Shown piece after piece: positions 63,028 to 64,000 of a stretch of DNA of 64,000 bases. Location of the stretch: positions 74,276,001-74,340,000 of the forward strand of contig OZ024741.1 in the NCBI GenBank assembly GCA_964016885.1. Direction: 5' to 3'. The notes beneath the pieces were generated by a model. The model was not told the origin of the DNA, did not search any database, and worked only from the letters and a program-made list of their open reading frames with translations. How positions within the stretch are numbered: position 1 is the first letter of the stretch; each line of letters opens with the position of its first letter. This stretch comes from Eledone cirrhosa (Eukaryota). The position numbers and the translations under genes are program-made.

Positions 63028-64000
63028 CTAAAAAAAATGATAAAATGGTTAGTATTCTACTGGGTGTAAAAGGAATCATGTGGGGAAGAAAAATCCATTC
63101 ACATGGACATGTAATGTGTATCAATAATAATTGCTGGGTGAAGAAGTGCCAGGATTTCCAAGTGGAATGAAGCCACAGAAGTTACTTTCCTCTTTTCTCA
63201 ACACATGAATCACCACCTTATTCCATTTCTCTTCACAGCATAAATCACTGGCTCTTTTCTCGTCATCATCTGCAATTCATTGTCTTCCTCTCTTTCAACA
63301 ATACTCCACTCATCTAACAAACTATTCATCTTTCTATCCTTCTCTGCTGCTCCAAGTTCATCACATATCTCAAACTACTTCTGACACATGCAACATAAAA
63401 TGGTTAGTTTTTGGATACTATAATATTATATTTAGTTAGAACAGTTTTAACCTCTTCCTTACAATATTTCTGATGGAAGACACTGCCTATGATTTTGCAA
63501 ATAATTTTGCAAAGTATCAAAACGTTTTAGGGATTTAGTAATATAACTAGCTTAGTCATTATTTATCTGTTGTTTAGGGCATAACTTACATAAAATTAGG
63601 GCAGACGGTTTTGTTTTTAGATAGATATAAACAATATAACCCTTTTATTTTTATATATCTAATGAAAAGGTTTTTGAAATAATTTTGAAAATATTAAAAT
63701 ATATTTAGAGATTTACTACCATAAGTAATTTTCTCATTAATAAGCTAATGGAGTGTAACTTAAAGGATCTGACATATTATGGTGAAAGGCTTTTTGACAT
63801 ATTACCACGACAAGAACAAAACAATTTTGTATCATAGAACCAGTTGGGGTTTCAAATTGTTTGGTATCGTGTTAAATTAATGAGTAATGTTAGAAGACAT
63901 CAATATGTAGGATATACAATATAACAGATATCATGAAAATAGAAGATACAAAGAAGCAGAAATTGATTAAATTTTAAATGATTGGAAGGCCAAACAATGT

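Overview
AT-rich, microsatellite-dense eukaryotic DNA, most likely an octopus or other coleoid cephalopod (inferred from the SINE/RTE repertoire, not proven). The window lies inside one minus-strand gene, a type IV diacylglycerol kinase (DGK zeta/iota, rdgA-like). Six coding exons were reconstructed with phase-consistent GT-AG junctions (62789-63027, 31356-31530, 15030-15100, 12029-12177, 9003-9058, 8308-8370), covering the MARCKS-like basic region, the catalytic domain and the start of the accessory domain. The introns (up to about 31 kb) are full of transposons: an intact full-length R4/Dong-clade retrotransposon with a target-site duplication (TSD), a Tx1-type LINE, a Penelope-like element (PLE), a Gypsy LTR element whose PBS/leader is replaced by an RTE fragment, many RTE relics, tRNA-derived SINEs, and mariner, piggyBac-like and Tigger-like MITEs. 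The most striking unannotated signal is a set of at least six type I hammerhead ribozyme motifs. Four sit in short non-coding fold-back (palindromic) elements next to (TA)n. In two related copies the arms match within a copy but differ between copies, which suggests the palindrome is regenerated at each insertion.
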